Assembly (NCBI GenBank): GCA_963829055.1
Contig: CAWHHI010000016.1
Coordinates: 448,001-512,000, forward strand
Reading direction: 5' to 3'
DNA from: an uncultured Gemmatimonadaceae bacterium
Lineage (GTDB): Bacteria; Gemmatimonadota; Gemmatimonadetes; Gemmatimonadales; Gemmatimonadaceae
Length of the DNA stretch: 64,000 nucleotides
In this document: piece by piece, positions 1 through 12,648 of the stretch
How the letters are laid out: each line of letters begins with the position of its first letter
Position numbering within the stretch: position 1 is the stretch's first letter
Notes under the pieces: model-generated
The model's database searches: none
Told to the model about the DNA's origin: nothing
What the model saw: only the letters and a program-made list of their open reading frames with translations
Made by a program: the position numbers and the translations under genes

Positions 1-2117
1 CGGGTCGGTCGCGCCGGACAACGTCATCGCGCCGTTCGCCTACTCGCGTCCTCAAATCGCCCGACGAGCTCGCGAAGGAACAGAACGACATTGCGCGGTC
101 GGTCGAGCCGATCTTCACGTCTCGTTCCCGCGGCGCTCGACACGTCCCGGGCGCTCGTCGAGCAGTTCGCTTCCGGATTGCGACGCATCAGCGGCAACAC
201 CGACGGCCAACGCGCGGCGGCTGTCCAGGCAGCTCGGGCAACAGCTCGGCGTGCAACTCACGATGTCGGAAGCTGCGGTAGGTCGCCGTGCCCGAGCACG
301 GGCGAAGCGGTGACGGACGCGGTGCGCCGCGCGTACGATCGCTGGCTGGCCGCAGGCGTCGCCTCTAGCGGCGTGCTCGACGCCATCCAGGGCGCGGTGA
401 CGCTGCAAGCGCGACGGGACCGAAAGGTCCGTCAACGCGGACAGCATCGCGACGTTCGCGTCGCTGCTCATGCGCGCGCGGCTCCTGCATCCCGATCCGC
501 GGTCGCCCGACGGCGGACGCCGCGTTCCGAAAGCTGCTCGCCGCGTTCTTCCGGCCGACCGATCGTGTACGACCGCGTGGCCACCGAGCGCGCGCGCCAG
601 GACCTGCGCCGCTCGGTGCCTAACGTCAAGTACACGCTTGCGGCTCGGCGAGAAGATCGTCGGCGCGCACGAGGTCGTGGGACGCGAGGAGCAGCGCGAA
701 GATGCGCGCCCTGCAGGACGAGCTCGCGCGCCGTGGCGACAGCCGCCGCAACGTCAGCCGGATCGTCGGGGCGGTGCTGTTCAACACGCTGGTCCTGACG
801 ATCTTCGGGCTGACGCTGCTTCCTGTTCCGGCCGCAGCTGTACGCGTCCATCCGCGCCGTCCTGCTGTTCGCGATCGTCTTTCTGCATCGTGATCGTCAC
901 GTCGTCGCTGATCGCGCATCTGCCGGCGCGGCTGCATCCCGAGCTCATTCCCGTCGCGTTCGCCGCCGTCATCGCGAGCATGCTGTTCGACCCGCGCATC
1001 GGCATGATCGCGGCGATGGTCCTCGCCGTGCTCATCGGCGGGCAGAGCGAGTTTCGCGGGACGAACGCGCTCTTCCTCAACCTCATCGGCGGCACGGCCG
1101 CGGCGTTCACGATGCGCGATCGTGCGTAATCGGAACCAGACGCAGTGGGCGGTGTTCGCGATCGCGTGCGCGTACCTCGCCGCGGCGCTCGCCATCGGCC
1201 TCACGCTCGACTTGCCGATGACGCGAGATCGCGCGCAGTGCGGGCTGGGGCGCGCTCAACGCGGTCGCGTCGCGTCGCGATCGCGATGCTCCTCCTGCCA
1301 GGTGCGGAGCAGTTCGCGGGCGTCGACACGGACCTCACGCTGCTCGAGTGGTCGGATCTCAACCGTCCGCTGCTGCAGCGGCTGAGTCTCGAGGCGCCGG
1401 GCACGTACGCGCACACGATCGCGATCGCGAACCTCGCCGAGAGCGCGTGCCACGCGATCGGCGCGAACGGATTGCTCGCGCGCGTCGGCGCGCTACTACC
1501 ACGACATCGGCAAGCTCGAAGAAGCCGCAGTACTTCGTGGAGAATCAGGCGAAGGGGCGCAACCCGCACGACAAGCTCAAGCCGAACACGAGCGCCGCGA
1601 TCATTCGGAATCACGTGCGCGAGGGGCTCGAGCTCGCGGAGGAGCACAAACTGCCGCGCGGCGTGCGCGCGTTCATCCGCGAGCATCACGGCACCGGGCC
1701 GATCTCGTACTTCCTCGAGAAAGCGAAGGAGCGGGACGGGGTACCGGCCAACTCCGCGGAGTTCGCGTATCCTGGCCCGTCGCCACAGAGCATCGAGACG
1801 GCGATCGTGATGCTCGCCGACGGCGCCGAAGCTGCCGCACGCGTGCTCAACGACCCGACGCCGCAGAAGATCCGCGAGGTGATCGATCGCATCGTGCGGC
1901 AGCGGCTCGATCAGGGACAGCTTCGCGACGCGCCGCATCACGCTGCGCGCAGCTCGAGCAGGTGAAGGAGCAGTTCACGCGCGTGCTCGCCGGGATGTAT
2001 CACTCGCGCATCGACTACCCGGCGTCGAGCGGCGGCATCACGGCGGAGTTCGGGACGCCGGAGGCTCGCGGCGCCCGAAGCGCGGCCGCCCGAACCCCGC
2101 ACCGGGCAATCCGGTAG
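1..2117 (+). CDS. 7TM-HD family phosphohydrolase (PgpH/YqfF-like), 5' truncated, several frameshifts
   Basis: Fragments across frames: TM segments (IPVAFAAVIASMLFDPRIG), LLEWSDLNRPLLQRLSLEAPGTYAH, YHDIGK, KPQYFVENQ...NPHDKL, IREHHGT, MLAD; stop TAG at 2115-2117. Confidence 0.85.
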
Positions 2118-2153
2118 GGGCCGGCGGGCAAGCCAAGTCGTGACGTCCGCATC

Positions 2154-2629
2154 GTGAGTCTCATCGTCGACGTCACCGCGGACGGCGTTCGCACGCCGCT
2201 CGCGCGCGCGCGCGTCAGCGACCTCGCGCTCGGCGTGCTGCGCGCCGAGCGCGTGCGCGACGCCCTCGTGTCGATCGCGTTCGTCTCGCGCGCGCACATC
2301 GCGCGCTCAACCGCGCGCACCTCGGCCACTCGGGTCCGACCGACGTCATCTCGTTCGCTTCGACGAACCCACCGGGCGCCTCCGCGCGATCCGGTGATCG
2401 TCGGCGACATCTACATCGCGCCGGACGTCGCGCGCGCGAACGCCGCGCGGCTGCGGCGGAAGCGTTAGGCGAGGAGCTCGCGCGGCTCGTCGTGCACGGC
2501 ACGCTGCACGTGCTCGGACACGACCATCCCGACGGCGACGAGCGCACGAGCTCCGCCATGTGGCGCCGGCAGGAGCGGCTGCTCGCGAAGCTCCTCGACG
2601 GCTCGACGCCAGGCAAGCGCGCCAGATGA
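2154..2629 (+). CDS. ybeY: rRNA maturation endoribonuclease YbeY (frameshifted)
   Basis: PTDVISF, GDIYI and [11 protein letters not shown] (HxxLHxxGxDH) motifs; usual position next to HD hydrolase and CorC genes. Confidence 0.85.
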
Positions 2630-3884
2630 CCACGTTCATCGCGGTCATCGTCTCGATCGTCGCGTCGGCGTTCGCCGCGCATCTTCGCCGCGGCGGACGG
2701 TGCGCTGCTCGCCGTCGACCCGGGCGACTCGCGTGTCAGCCAGCACGTCCGCACGCTCGCCGATCGACGCGAGCGCCCGCATCGCGCGCTCGCGCTCGCG
2801 CGCATCCTGTCGCACCTCGTCGCCGGGTGCGCCGTCGCGGCCGCGCTGCGCTTCTCGGACCGGTCGCTCGCCGCATCGCTCGCGATCGCTGTTCCTGTCG
2901 CGCTGGTCGCCGTACTGCTCTCCGAGAGTGTCGCGCGGAGCGTCGGCGACGCCATGGGCGCGCGGGCCCTCGATCGCCTCGCGCCGCTGGTGCGCGCCGT
3001 CGAACTCGTGCTGTCGCCCGTCGTCCTCGTCGGCGCGTGGCTCGACAACGTGCTCCAGGCGCTCATCCCACCGTCGCGCGGTCGAAGAAGACCGCGAAGC
3101 GACGACCGAGCAGTTCCGCCAGGTCGTCGCCGCCGAGGCGGACGTCACCGACGCGGAGGAGACGATTCTGCACGGCGTGTTCTCGCTCGGCGACACGGCG
3201 GTGCACGAGATCATGGTGCCGCGCGTGGACATCGTCGGCATCGACCGCGACGACGCCGTGGTCGCGAGGTGCTCGACCGCGTGCGCAGCTCCGAGCACGC
3301 GCGCTTTCCCGTGTATCGACGACACGCTCGACGACATCACCGGCATTCTGTACGCGAAGGACCTGCTGCCCGTCGTCATCGCCGACGACGAGCCGATGCG
3401 CGGCTGGCACGACGCTCGTGCGGCCGGCCGCGTTCATTCCCGATCTCGCAAGACGCATCGACGTGCAGCTGCGCGACTTCCAGGCGAGCCGCACGCACAT
3501 CGCGATCGTCAGCGACGAGTACGGCGGCACCGCCGGCCTCGTGACGATCGAGGACATTCTCGAGGAGATCGTCGGCGAGATCCACGACGAGTACGACGTC
3601 GAGGAGCCGGCGGTCGAGCAGGAGGACGGGCGGCGCTTCTGGGTCACCGGGCGCGCTGACGATCGACGAGCTGTCCGAGCTGCTCGGCGCAGGACTTTCG
3701 CGCGCGACGACGTGACGACCGTCGGCGGACTCGTCTACGAGCTGTTCGGTCGCGTGCCGCGAGGCCGGCGAGTCGTTGCACGATCGGGGCTTCCGCATCG
3801 TCGTCGAGCGCGTGCGTCGGCGCCGCATCGAGCGCGTGTACTTCGAGCGCGCTGCAGCCGGCGACTGCGGAGCGTCGGTCATGA
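2626..3884 (+). CDS. Hemolysin/CorC family CNNM-CBS-CorC protein, copy 1 (frameshifted)
   Basis: [61 protein letters not shown]. Confidence 0.85.
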
Positions 3885-4894
3885 CGCTCTCAGCGTCCTG
3901 CTCATCGTCTGCGCTCGTCATCGTCGCCTGCCTCACGGCCGGCGGCGATGGCGATGCGCTCGGTGAGCCGCATCTGGCTGCGCCACTGGGTCGAGCAGCA
4001 GCTTGCGCGGGGCGCCGCAGCGCCGCGCTCTACCTCGAGCGGCCGCAGCGCTTGCTGCTCGCCGCCGCGACCGGCATCGCCGTCACCGTGCTCGTCGCCG
4101 GCGCGCTGATCGGCGCGGTCGGCGGCGCGCGCCTGCCGCATCGTCGCTCGGCGACTCGCCGTGTTCGCCGTCGTCGTGCTCGTCATCGGTCAGCTCCTGC
4201 CGCGCGCGATCGCGCGCCGCTGGCCGCCCGCCGTGCTGCCGCTCCTGCTCGCCGGTGCTGCGGGCGGCCGCGATCGTCGCTGGCGCCGTTCGTCGTCGTC
4301 GCGCGCCGCGTGTCGCGCGATCGTTCGCGCGCGAGCGCGCCGAGCGCCGGCGCACGCCGACCGCGACGACCATCCAGGATCTCCTGCGCGAGGGCGAGCT
4401 CGAGGGCGTCGGCGAGCGCGAGGAGATGGCGATCATCAGCGGCGTCGTGCAGTTCGGCGAACAAGATCGTGCGCGAGGTGATGACGCCGCGCGCCGAGAT
4501 CTTCGCCATCGACGAGCGCGATTCGCGGTCCCGAGCTCGCCGCTGCAGATCGCGCAGTCGCGCTACAGCCGCGTGCCGGTCTATCGACGACACGCTCGAC
4601 AACGTCATCGGGATGATCCACGCGTTCGACGTGCTCAAGGACACGCGGCGAGCGACGACGCCAGCGCTCCGGCCCGTCGCCGACGCGCCGGTCGACGGCA
4701 CGCCGTGCAACGAGCTGCTCTTCCGCATGCTGCGCGAGCAGCCAGCACCTCGCGATCGTGCGCGACGACGACCGGCGCAGCTCGTCGGGCTCGTGACGCT
4801 CGAGGATCTGCTCGAGGAGCTCGTCGGCGACATCCGCGACGAGCACGACGAGCCGGCACCACCGAGCCGATCGGTTCCGACGCCCGCAGCGTGA
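3881..4894 (+). CDS. Hemolysin/CBS-domain protein, copy 2 (frameshifted)
   Basis: [51 protein letters not shown]. Confidence 0.8.
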   Translation: MTLSASCSSSALVIVACLTAGGDGDALGEPHLAAPLGRAAACAGRRSAALYLERPQRLLLAAATGIAVTVLVAGALIGAVGGARLPHRRSATRRVRRRRARHRSAPAARDRAPLAARRAAAPARRCCGRPRSSLAPFVVVARRVSRDRSRASAPSAGARRPRRPSRISCARASSRASASARRWRSSAASCSSANKIVREVMTPRAEIFAIDERDSRSRARRCRSRSRATAACRSIDDTLDNVIGMIHAFDVLKDTRRATTPALRPVADAPVDGTPCNELLFRMLREQPAPRDRARRRPAQLVGLVTLEDLLEELVGDIRDEHDEPAPPSRSVPTPAA

Positions 4895-4931
4895 CCTGCG
4901 ACCGGCATCCAACGGCACCAGACGCCGACTC

Positions 4932-6027
4932 GTGACGACTCCGCGTCGCCGAAGCAAACTCATCGCCGACTTCGAGGCACGCCGCCCGGCCGCGCTCGCG
5001 CGCGCGATCAGCATCGTCGAGAACCATCGCGCCGGGCTTCGACGCGCTGCTCGGCGCGCTGCACCCGCGACATCGGCCGCGCGCGGCGCATCGGCATCAC
5101 CGGGCCGCCGGGCGCCGGGAAGAGCACGATCACGACCGCAGCTCGCGCGCGGCGTACCGCGACGCGGGGCTGACGGTCGGCATCGTCGCGCGTCGATCCG
5201 ACGTCGCCGTTCACCGGCGGCGCGCTGCTCGGCGATCGCATCCGCATGGAGGAGCGTCGCGCTCGATCCCGGCGTGTACATCCGCTCGCTCGCGACGCGC
5301 GGCTCGCTCGGCGGACTCGTCGTCCGCGACGCGCGAGGTGTGCCGACGTGCTCGATGCGTTCGGCTTCGATCGCATCCTCATCGAGACGGTCGGCGTCGG
5401 GCAGAGCGAGCTCGATGTCGCGCGCACGGCGGACACGACGCTCGTCGTGCTCGTGCCCGAGTCGGGCGATTCGATTCAGACGCTCAAGGCCGGCCTGATG
5501 GAGATCGCCGACATCTTCGTCGTGAACAAGGCGGATCGGCCCGGCGCCGACCGGCTGCGCACCGAGATCGAGCTGATGCTCGGCATGCGCACCGGCGCGA
5601 CGATGCGCAACGTGCCGGCGCATCACGGCGTCGATCTGTCACGCAGATCATGAACCTGGCGCGGCATGGCTGCGCGAGGCCGCGGCGGCGCGACGACCGG
5701 ATCGTGGACGCCGCCCGTGCTGCGCACGGTCGCGGCGAAGGGCGAGGGAATCGCCGAGCTGATCGACCGCGCTCGACCGGCACTTCCGCTATCTTGAGGC
5801 GAGCGGCGCGCTTCGCGCCGGCGCCGCGCAGCGGCTGCGCGAGCGCGTCGTCGACGTGGTCGAGCGACACGACTGCGACAGCCGCCTCTGGACGCGACGC
5901 GGCGACGAACGCCTGGCTCGACGAGCGGCTGCCGGCGACTCGAAGTCGGGCACGGCGACGCCATTCGCGGTCGCCGACGCGCTGCTGGCGCGCAGCGCGG
6001 ACCTTCTGACGCGGACGACGATCATGA
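4932..6027 (+). CDS. meaB: MeaB/ArgK-family GTPase chaperone of B12 mutases (frameshifted)
   Basis: [74 protein letters not shown]. Confidence 0.9.
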
Positions 6028-7747
6028 CGTCGATGCGAGATCTCGACGCAACGCGGACGACGCGACGAGCGCGACGAGACCGACGCGCCGAGCTCGAACG
6101 ACTGCGCGCCGAGGTCGCCGCGTGGCGGCAGCGCCTACGAGAAGGGCGAGAAGCGCGAGATCGCGCTTCACCAACTCGCGAGCGCGAGGTCGAGCCGCTG
6201 TACACGGCGCTCGACGTCGCCGGGACGACACGGCGCGCCTCGGCGCTGCCCGGCGCGTACCCGTACACGCGCGGCATCCATCCCACGGGCTATCGCGGCA
6301 AGCTGTGGACGATGCGGCAGTTCGCCGGCTTCGGCAGCGCGACGCGACACGAACGAGCGCTTCAAGTTCCTGCTCGCGCACGGGCAGACGGGACTCTCGA
6401 CCGCGTTCGATTTCCCGACGCTGATGGGCTACGACTCCGACCATCCGCGCTCGGAGGGCGAGGTCGGCAAGACCGGCGTCGCGATCTCGAGCCTCGCCGA
6501 CATGGAGGTGCTGTTCGACGGCATCCCGCTCGACCAGGTCTCGACGTCGATGACGATCAACGGGCCGGCGATCATCCTCTGGGCGTTCTACATCGCCGCC
6601 GCGGAGAAGCAGGGCGTGTCGAGCGACGAAGCTGCGCGGCACGATCCAGAACGACATCCTGAAGGAGTACATGGCGCAGCACGCGTGGTGCTTCCCGATC
6701 GAGCCCGCGCTGCGCCTCATCGTCGACTGCTTCGAGTGGGGCGCGACGCACGCGCCGCAGTGGAATACGGTTTCGATCTCCGGCTACCACATCCGCGAGG
6801 CCGGGTCGACCGCCGCGCAGGAGCTCGCGTTCACGCTCGCCGACGGCTTCACGTACGTCGAGCGCGGCATCGCGCGCGGGCTCGACGTCGACGACTTCGC
6901 GCCGCGCCTGTCGTTCTTCTGGGACATCCACAACGATTTCTTCGAGGAGATCGCCAAGCTGCGCGCCGCACGCCGCATCTGGGCGCGTCACATGCGCGAG
7001 CGCTACGGCGCGAAGAACCCGCGCTCGCTGGCTGATGCGCTTCCACTCGCAGACGGCCGGCGTGACGCTCACCGCGCAGCAGCCGATGAACAACGTCGTG
7101 CGCGTCGCCTATCAGGCGCTGGCCGCGGTGCTCGGCGGCACGCAGTCGCTGCACACCAACTCGATGGACGAGACGCTCGCGCTGCCGACGGAGGACGCGG
7201 TGCAGGTCGCGCTGCGCACGCAGCAGGTGCTCGCGTACGAGACGGGCGTGCCGAACGTGATCGATCCGCTCGGCGGCTCGTACTACGTCGAGGCGCTCAC
7301 CGACCAGCTCGAGCGCGAGGCCGAGGCGCTGTTCGCCGAGATCGAGAGATCGGCGGCGTGGTGCGCGGGCTCGAGGCAGGGCTGGTTCCAGCGCAAGATC
7401 GCCGAGTCCGCGGCGCGCCAGCAGTGGGAGATCGAGCAGCATCGCCGCGTGATCGTCGGCGTGAACGAGTTCGTCACCGACGAGCCAGAGCTCGACGATT
7501 CCGACTGCTCAAGATCGGCGAGGACGTCGACCGCGAGCAGCGCGAGCGGCTGGCGAAGATGCGCGCCGAGCGCGACCAGGCGCTCGTGCGACGCAGCGGC
7601 TCGACGAGCTGCGCAGCGGCCGCGCGCGGCACGCGAGAACGTGTTTCCGCACATCCTCGACTGCGCGCGCGCGTACTGCACGCTGTACGAGATCCGCGCG
7701 CGCTGGAAGACGTGTTCGGCGCGTACCGCGAGCCGGTGTTCTTCTGA
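6024..7747 (+). CDS. B12-dependent acyl-CoA mutase large subunit (methylmalonyl-CoA mutase family, isobutyryl-CoA mutase-like residues), frameshifted
   Basis: [78 protein letters not shown]. Confidence 0.92.
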
Positions 7748-7749
7748 GC

Positions 7750-8548
7750 CCCGCGCGACGCAAGACGGCACGCGGAGTGGTGGGCGTCGTACTTCGACGC
7801 CCACTATCTGCTCGAGTACGAGCCGATCTTCGACCTCGCGCGCGATCGCCGCGAGGTCGCGCGCCTGATCGAGCTGCTCGCGCTCCCGTCCGGCGCGCGC
7901 ATGCTCGACGTGCCCTGCGGCCAGGGACGCCACGCGCACCTGCTCGCCGAGGCGGGCTTCGACGTCGACGGGCTCGACTACTCGACGCACCTGCTCGCGC
8001 GCGCGCGCGAGCGCGGCACCGGGCCGACGCTGCGCTACACCCGCGGCGACATGCGCGCGCTGCCGGCGCGCTGGACCGGACGCTTCGACGCCGTGCGTCA
8101 ACCTGTTCACGTCGTTCGGCTTCTTCACCGATCCCGCGCGACGACGCGCGCGTCGATCGCCGAGTTCGCGCGCGTGCTCAAGCCGGGCGGCATGCTCGTC
8201 TGGCACGGCGGCAGCCGCGACGGCGTGATGGCGCGCTTCCTCGCCCGCGACTGGTGGAAGTCGCGACGACGGCACGATGATCGGCCACGAGCGGTCGCTT
8301 CGATCCGCTGTCCGGCGTGCTCACGATCGACACCGACGTGGGAAGGTCCGTCGCGGACGCGGGCAGCGCGCAGCACCGCATCCGCCTCTACACGGCGACG
8401 CGATCTGGCCGAGCTCTGCCTCGACGCCGGCCTCGTCGTCGAGGAGGCGTACGACGGCTGGCACGACCGCCCGCTGCGCCGGCGGTCGGGCGAGATGCTG
8501 CTCGTCGCGCGCAAGCGCGAGTTGCCGCGCCGTCGCCGCGGCGGCTAG
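7750..8548 (+). CDS. Class I SAM-dependent methyltransferase (start uncertain, frameshifted)
   Basis: [10 protein letters not shown] motif I, GLDYS, GDMRALP, FTSFG, RVLKPGG, HRIRLYT. Confidence 0.8.
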
Positions 8549-8622
8549 CTTTCCGCCCTGACGAGCGTCGCCGTCGCCGATCGTCGCTGCGGCCGGCCGC
8601 CGACGTCCCTCTTCCGGATTCT

Positions 8623-9034
8623 ATGCGTCCCATTCGTGTTCTGGTCGCCAAGCCCGGCCTCGACGGTCACGACCGCGGCGCCAAGGTCGTCGCCGCCGCG
8701 CTGCGCGACGCCGGCATGGAGGTCATCTACACCGGCCTCCACCAGACGCCCGAGATGATCGCCACCGCCGCCGTCCAGGAGGACGTCGACGTCGTCGGCC
8801 TGTCGATCCTGAGCGGCGCGCACATGACGCTCTTTCCGCGCGTGCTCGAGCTGCTGCGCGCCGAGGGTCGCGACGACATCCTCATCACCGGCGGCGGCAT
8901 CATCCCGAGGGAGGACATGGACGCGCTGCAGGCGCATGGGCACGGGCAAGCTGTTCGGCCCCGGCACGCCGACGTCCGATCTCGTCGACTACATCAAGGC
9001 GTGGTTCGCCGAGCGGTCGACGCAGGAAGCGTGA
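8623..9034 (+). CDS. Cobalamin-binding small subunit of acyl-CoA mutase
   Basis: [22 protein letters not shown] (DxHxxG), [20 protein letters not shown] after a frameshift. Confidence 0.92.
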
Positions 9035-9040
9035 CCGCCC

Positions 9041-10667
9041 GTGACACAGCCGGCTCCGCGAGCTGAGCGCCGAGCTCCGCGCGCTCGAGGCGCGCCTGCG
9101 CCAGGGCGGCGGCGCCGACAAGATCGCGCAGCAGCACACGCAGGGAAAGCTGACGGCGCGCGAGCGCATCGCGCGGCTCTGCGACGCCGGCGCGCGCTTC
9201 ATCGAGATCGGCCTGCTCGTCGCGTACGACCAGTACGACGGCCAGGCGCCCGCCGCCGGCGTCGTCACCGGCATCGGCATCGTGCACGGCCGCGCCGGTC
9301 GTCGTCGTCGCGAACGACGCGACGGTGAAGGCCGGCTCGTGGTGGCCGGAGACGATCAGGAAGATCCTGCGCGCGCAGGAGATCGCGATGCGCTGCCGCA
9401 TCCCGATCATCTATCTCGTCGACTCGGCCGGCGTGAACCTGCCGTATCAGGGCGGCGTGTTCCCCGGGCAGTACGGCGCGAGCCGCATCTTCTACTACAA
9501 CTCGATCATGCGGCGGTACCTGCGCGTGCCGCAGCTCGCCGCCGTGATGGGACCGTGCATCGCCGGCGGCGCGTATCTGCCCGGCGCTCTCCGACCTCAT
9601 CGTGATGGTGAAGGGCACGTCGTTCATGGGACTCGGCGGACCGAATCTCGTGAAGGGCGCCACCGGCCAGACGATCGACGGCGAGACGCTCGGCGGCGCC
9701 GTGACGCACACGGAGATCAGCGGCGTCGCGCACTACGCGGTGGACGACGACGACGCGTGCCTCGCGCAAGCTGCGCGATCTCGTGCGCGCAGCTGCCGCG
9801 CAGCCGCAGCGTCGCGGCGCCGCGTCCGCAGTCCGCGCGAGTCCGCGGCGCCGCAGACGCGCTCTACGATCTGCTGCCGGCCGACCACCGCATGTCGTAC
9901 GACATGCACGCAGATCCTGCGCGCCATCGTCGACGACGGCAAGCTCGACGAGTTCCAGGAGCATCTCGCGCGCGAGATGATCTGCGGCGACGCGCGCATC
10001 GACGGCATCGCCGTCGGCGTCATCGCGAACCAGCGCGGACTGATCAAGGGACGCGCCGGGCGAGAAGCCGCGCTTCGGCGGCATCGTCTACGCCGAGAGC
10101 GCGGAGAAGGTCGCGTTCTTCATCGACCGCTGCGACCGGCAGGGCATTCCGCTGCTGTTCGTGCAGGACGTCTCCGGCTTCATGGTCGGCCCCGAGGCCG
10201 AGCACGAAGGAATCATTCGCGCCGGCGCGCGCTTCGTCGAGGCGATGGCGACGGCGCGCGTGCCGAAGATCGTGCTCACGGTGAACCACGCGTCGGGCGC
10301 CGGCTACTACGCGATGGCGGGCCAGGGCTTCGATCCCGATTTCATCTTCTCGCTGGCCGACGGGACGCATGGCCGTGATGGAAGGCGAGGCCGCGGTCCA
10401 GGCGGTGCACGGCCCGGCGCTCGAGCGGCGCGAAGCAGAGCAAGCAGCCGCTCGACGCCGAGACGTCAGCGCGTCCGTCGACGAGATGCGCGCCGACTAC
10501 GAGCACCAGCTCGACGCGCGCTACGCGGCGGCGCGCGGCTTCGTCGACGCGATCGTCTATCCCGAGGAGACGCGCGACGTGCTCGCGCTCGCGCTCCGCG
10601 CCGCGCTGCACAATCCCGGGCCCGCACCTCGGCCCCTTCGTGCTTCCACCGCACTCCCGACGCATGA
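9041..10667 (+). CDS. Acyl-CoA carboxylase carboxyltransferase (beta) subunit, MCC/PCC-like (frameshifted)
   Basis: [71 protein letters not shown]. Confidence 0.9.
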
Positions 10668-10677
10668 GTCAGCATCC

Positions 10678-12054
10678 GTGACAGAATCGCATCGTTCGCG
10701 TCGCCGCGGGGCAGGGCTTCTGGGGCGACTGGCTCGACGCGCCGCGCCGGCAGGTCGAAGGCGGGCCGGTCGACTACCTGATGCTCGACTATCTCGCCGA
10801 AGTCACGATGTCCATTCTGCAGAAGCAGAAGGAGCGCGACCCGAGCATGGGCTACGCGCGCGACTTCGTCGGCGCGATGGAGAGCGTGCTGCCGGCCGTC
10901 GTCGAGCGCGGCGTGCGCGTCATCGCCAACGCCGGCGGCGTGAACCCGCGTCGCGTGCGCCGAGGCGGTGCGCGACGTCGCGACGAAGCGCGGGCGCGGC
11001 GGGCAAGGTGCGGATCGGCGTCGTCACCGGCGACGACCTGCTGCCGCGCCTCGACGAGCTGATCGCCGCCGGCCACCCGCTCGCGAACATGGAGACCGGC
11101 GAGCCGCTCGTCCACCGTGCGCGATCGCGTGCTGTCGGCCAACGCGTACATCGGCTCGACGCCGATCGTCGAGGCGCTCGCGCAGCGGCGCGAACGTCGT
11201 CATCACCGGTCGCTCGACCGACACGGCGCTCACGATGGCGCCGCTGCGCCACGAGTTCGGCTGGGGCGCCGACGACTGGGACCGGCTCGCCGCCGGCATC
11301 ATCGCCGGCCACATCATCGAGTGCGGCGCGCAGTGCTCCGGCGGCAACTGCCTCTACGACTGGCGCAACATCCCCGATCTCGCGAACGTCGGCTATCCGA
11401 TCGTCGAGGCGCGCGCCGACGGCACGTTCGTCGTCACGAAGCATCCGGGCACCGGCGGGCGCATCTCCGTGCCGTCGGTCACCGAGCAGCTCGTGTACGA
11501 GATGGGCGATCCGCACGCGTACATCACGCCGGACGTCGTCGCCGACTTCACGACGATCCAGCTCGCGGCCGACGGCGACGAACCGCGTGCGCGTCTTCGG
11601 CATCAAGGGCCGCCCGGCGACGGACAAGCTGAAGGTGTCGATCGCCTATCGCGCCGGCTTCAAGGCGGTCGGCACGCTCGTCTACTCGTGGCCCGACGCG
11701 CTCGAGAAGGCGCAGCTCGCCGACCGCGTGCTGCGCGAGCGGCTCGACAACCTCGGCCTTCGCTTCGACCAGATCCTCACCGAGTTCGTCGGCGTGTCCG
11801 CGACGCACGGCCCGCTCGCCGGCCACGCCGGCCGACGCGCCGGAAGTGCAGCTTCGCATCGGCGTGCGCTCGGCCGGATCGCAAGCGGCGGTCGAGCGCT
11901 TCACGCGCGAGATCGCGCCGCTCGTGCTCAACGGACCGCCGAGCGTCACGGGCTTCGCCGGCGGCCGCCCGAAGGTCGAGGAGATCGTCGCCTACTGGCC
12001 CGCGCTCGTCGACAAGACGCGTCGTCCAGACGCAGCGTCGAGGTGCTCGCATGA
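10678..12054 (+). CDS. Acyclic terpene utilization AtuA / DUF1446 family protein (frameshifted)
   Basis: [72 protein letters not shown]. Confidence 0.85.
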   Translation: MTESHRSRRRGAGLLGRLARRAAPAGRRRAGRLPDARLSRRSHDVHSAEAEGARPEHGLRARLRRRDGERAAGRRRARRARHRQRRRREPASRAPRRCATSRRSAGAAGKVRIGVVTGDDLLPRLDELIAAGHPLANMETGEPLVHRARSRAVGQRVHRLDADRRGARAAARTSSSPVARPTRRSRWRRCATSSAGAPTTGTGSPPASSPATSSSAARSAPAATASTTGATSPISRTSAIRSSRRAPTARSSSRSIRAPAGASPCRRSPSSSCTRWAIRTRTSRRTSSPTSRRSSSRPTATNRVRVFGIKGRPATDKLKVSIAYRAGFKAVGTLVYSWPDALEKAQLADRVLRERLDNLGLRFDQILTEFVGVSATHGPLAGHAGRRAGSAASHRRALGRIASGGRALHARDRAARAQRTAERHGLRRRPPEGRGDRRLLARARRQDASSRRSVEVLA

Positions 12055-12406
12055 AGGTCCGCCTCGTGGACATCGCGCACGCGCGCTCGGGCGACAAGGG
12101 CGACACCGCGAACGTCGGCGTCATCGCGCTCGAGCCGCGAGTGGTATCGCGTTGCTCGTCGCAGTACGCTCACGCGCGAGCGCGTCGCCGCAGCACTTCC
12201 GCGGCGTCATCACCGGCGACGTCGAGCGCTTCGAGCTGCCGAACCTCAACGCGCTCAACTTCCTGCTGCACGGCGCGCTCGACGGCGGCGGAACGCTGTC
12301 GCTCAAGACGGACGCGCAGGGCAAGGTGTTCTCGACCGCGATGCTTCGCATGGTGCTCGACGTCCCCGACGCCGAAGCAAGCTCGCTCGGCCTCCCATCG
12401 GCGTGA
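12051..12406 (+). CDS. AtuA C-terminal-like small protein
   Basis: [19 protein letters not shown]...[31 protein letters not shown]. Confidence 0.8.
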
Positions 12407-12437
12407 CGGCGAGCCACACCGTCAGGAGGATGGTGAC

Positions 12438-12602
12438 ATGGATCGCTTGGCGGTGCTCAAGATCGCGTTCGCGCTCGCCGGCGTCGGGATCTTTGGCTAC
12501 GGCGTGCAGAGTCGAGGACGCGGTGGTGCGATGGGTGCGGCATTGCACTGCGTCGTCGCCGCGTTCCTGCTGCGCTTCGTGAAGAAGCGTCCGGTCGAAT
12601 AG
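12438..12602 (+). CDS. Small hypothetical membrane protein (~54 aa, 2 TM)
   Basis: AGGAGG RBS upstream; hydrophobic [22 protein letters not shown]...AFLLRFVKK. Confidence 0.55.
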   Translation: MDRLAVLKIAFALAGVGIFGYGVQSRGRGGAMGAALHCVVAAFLLRFVKKRPVE

Positions 12603-12648
12603 TCGAGCCGAGCCACGGCTCGGGCGAGGCGCGCTATCTTTCGAGGCG

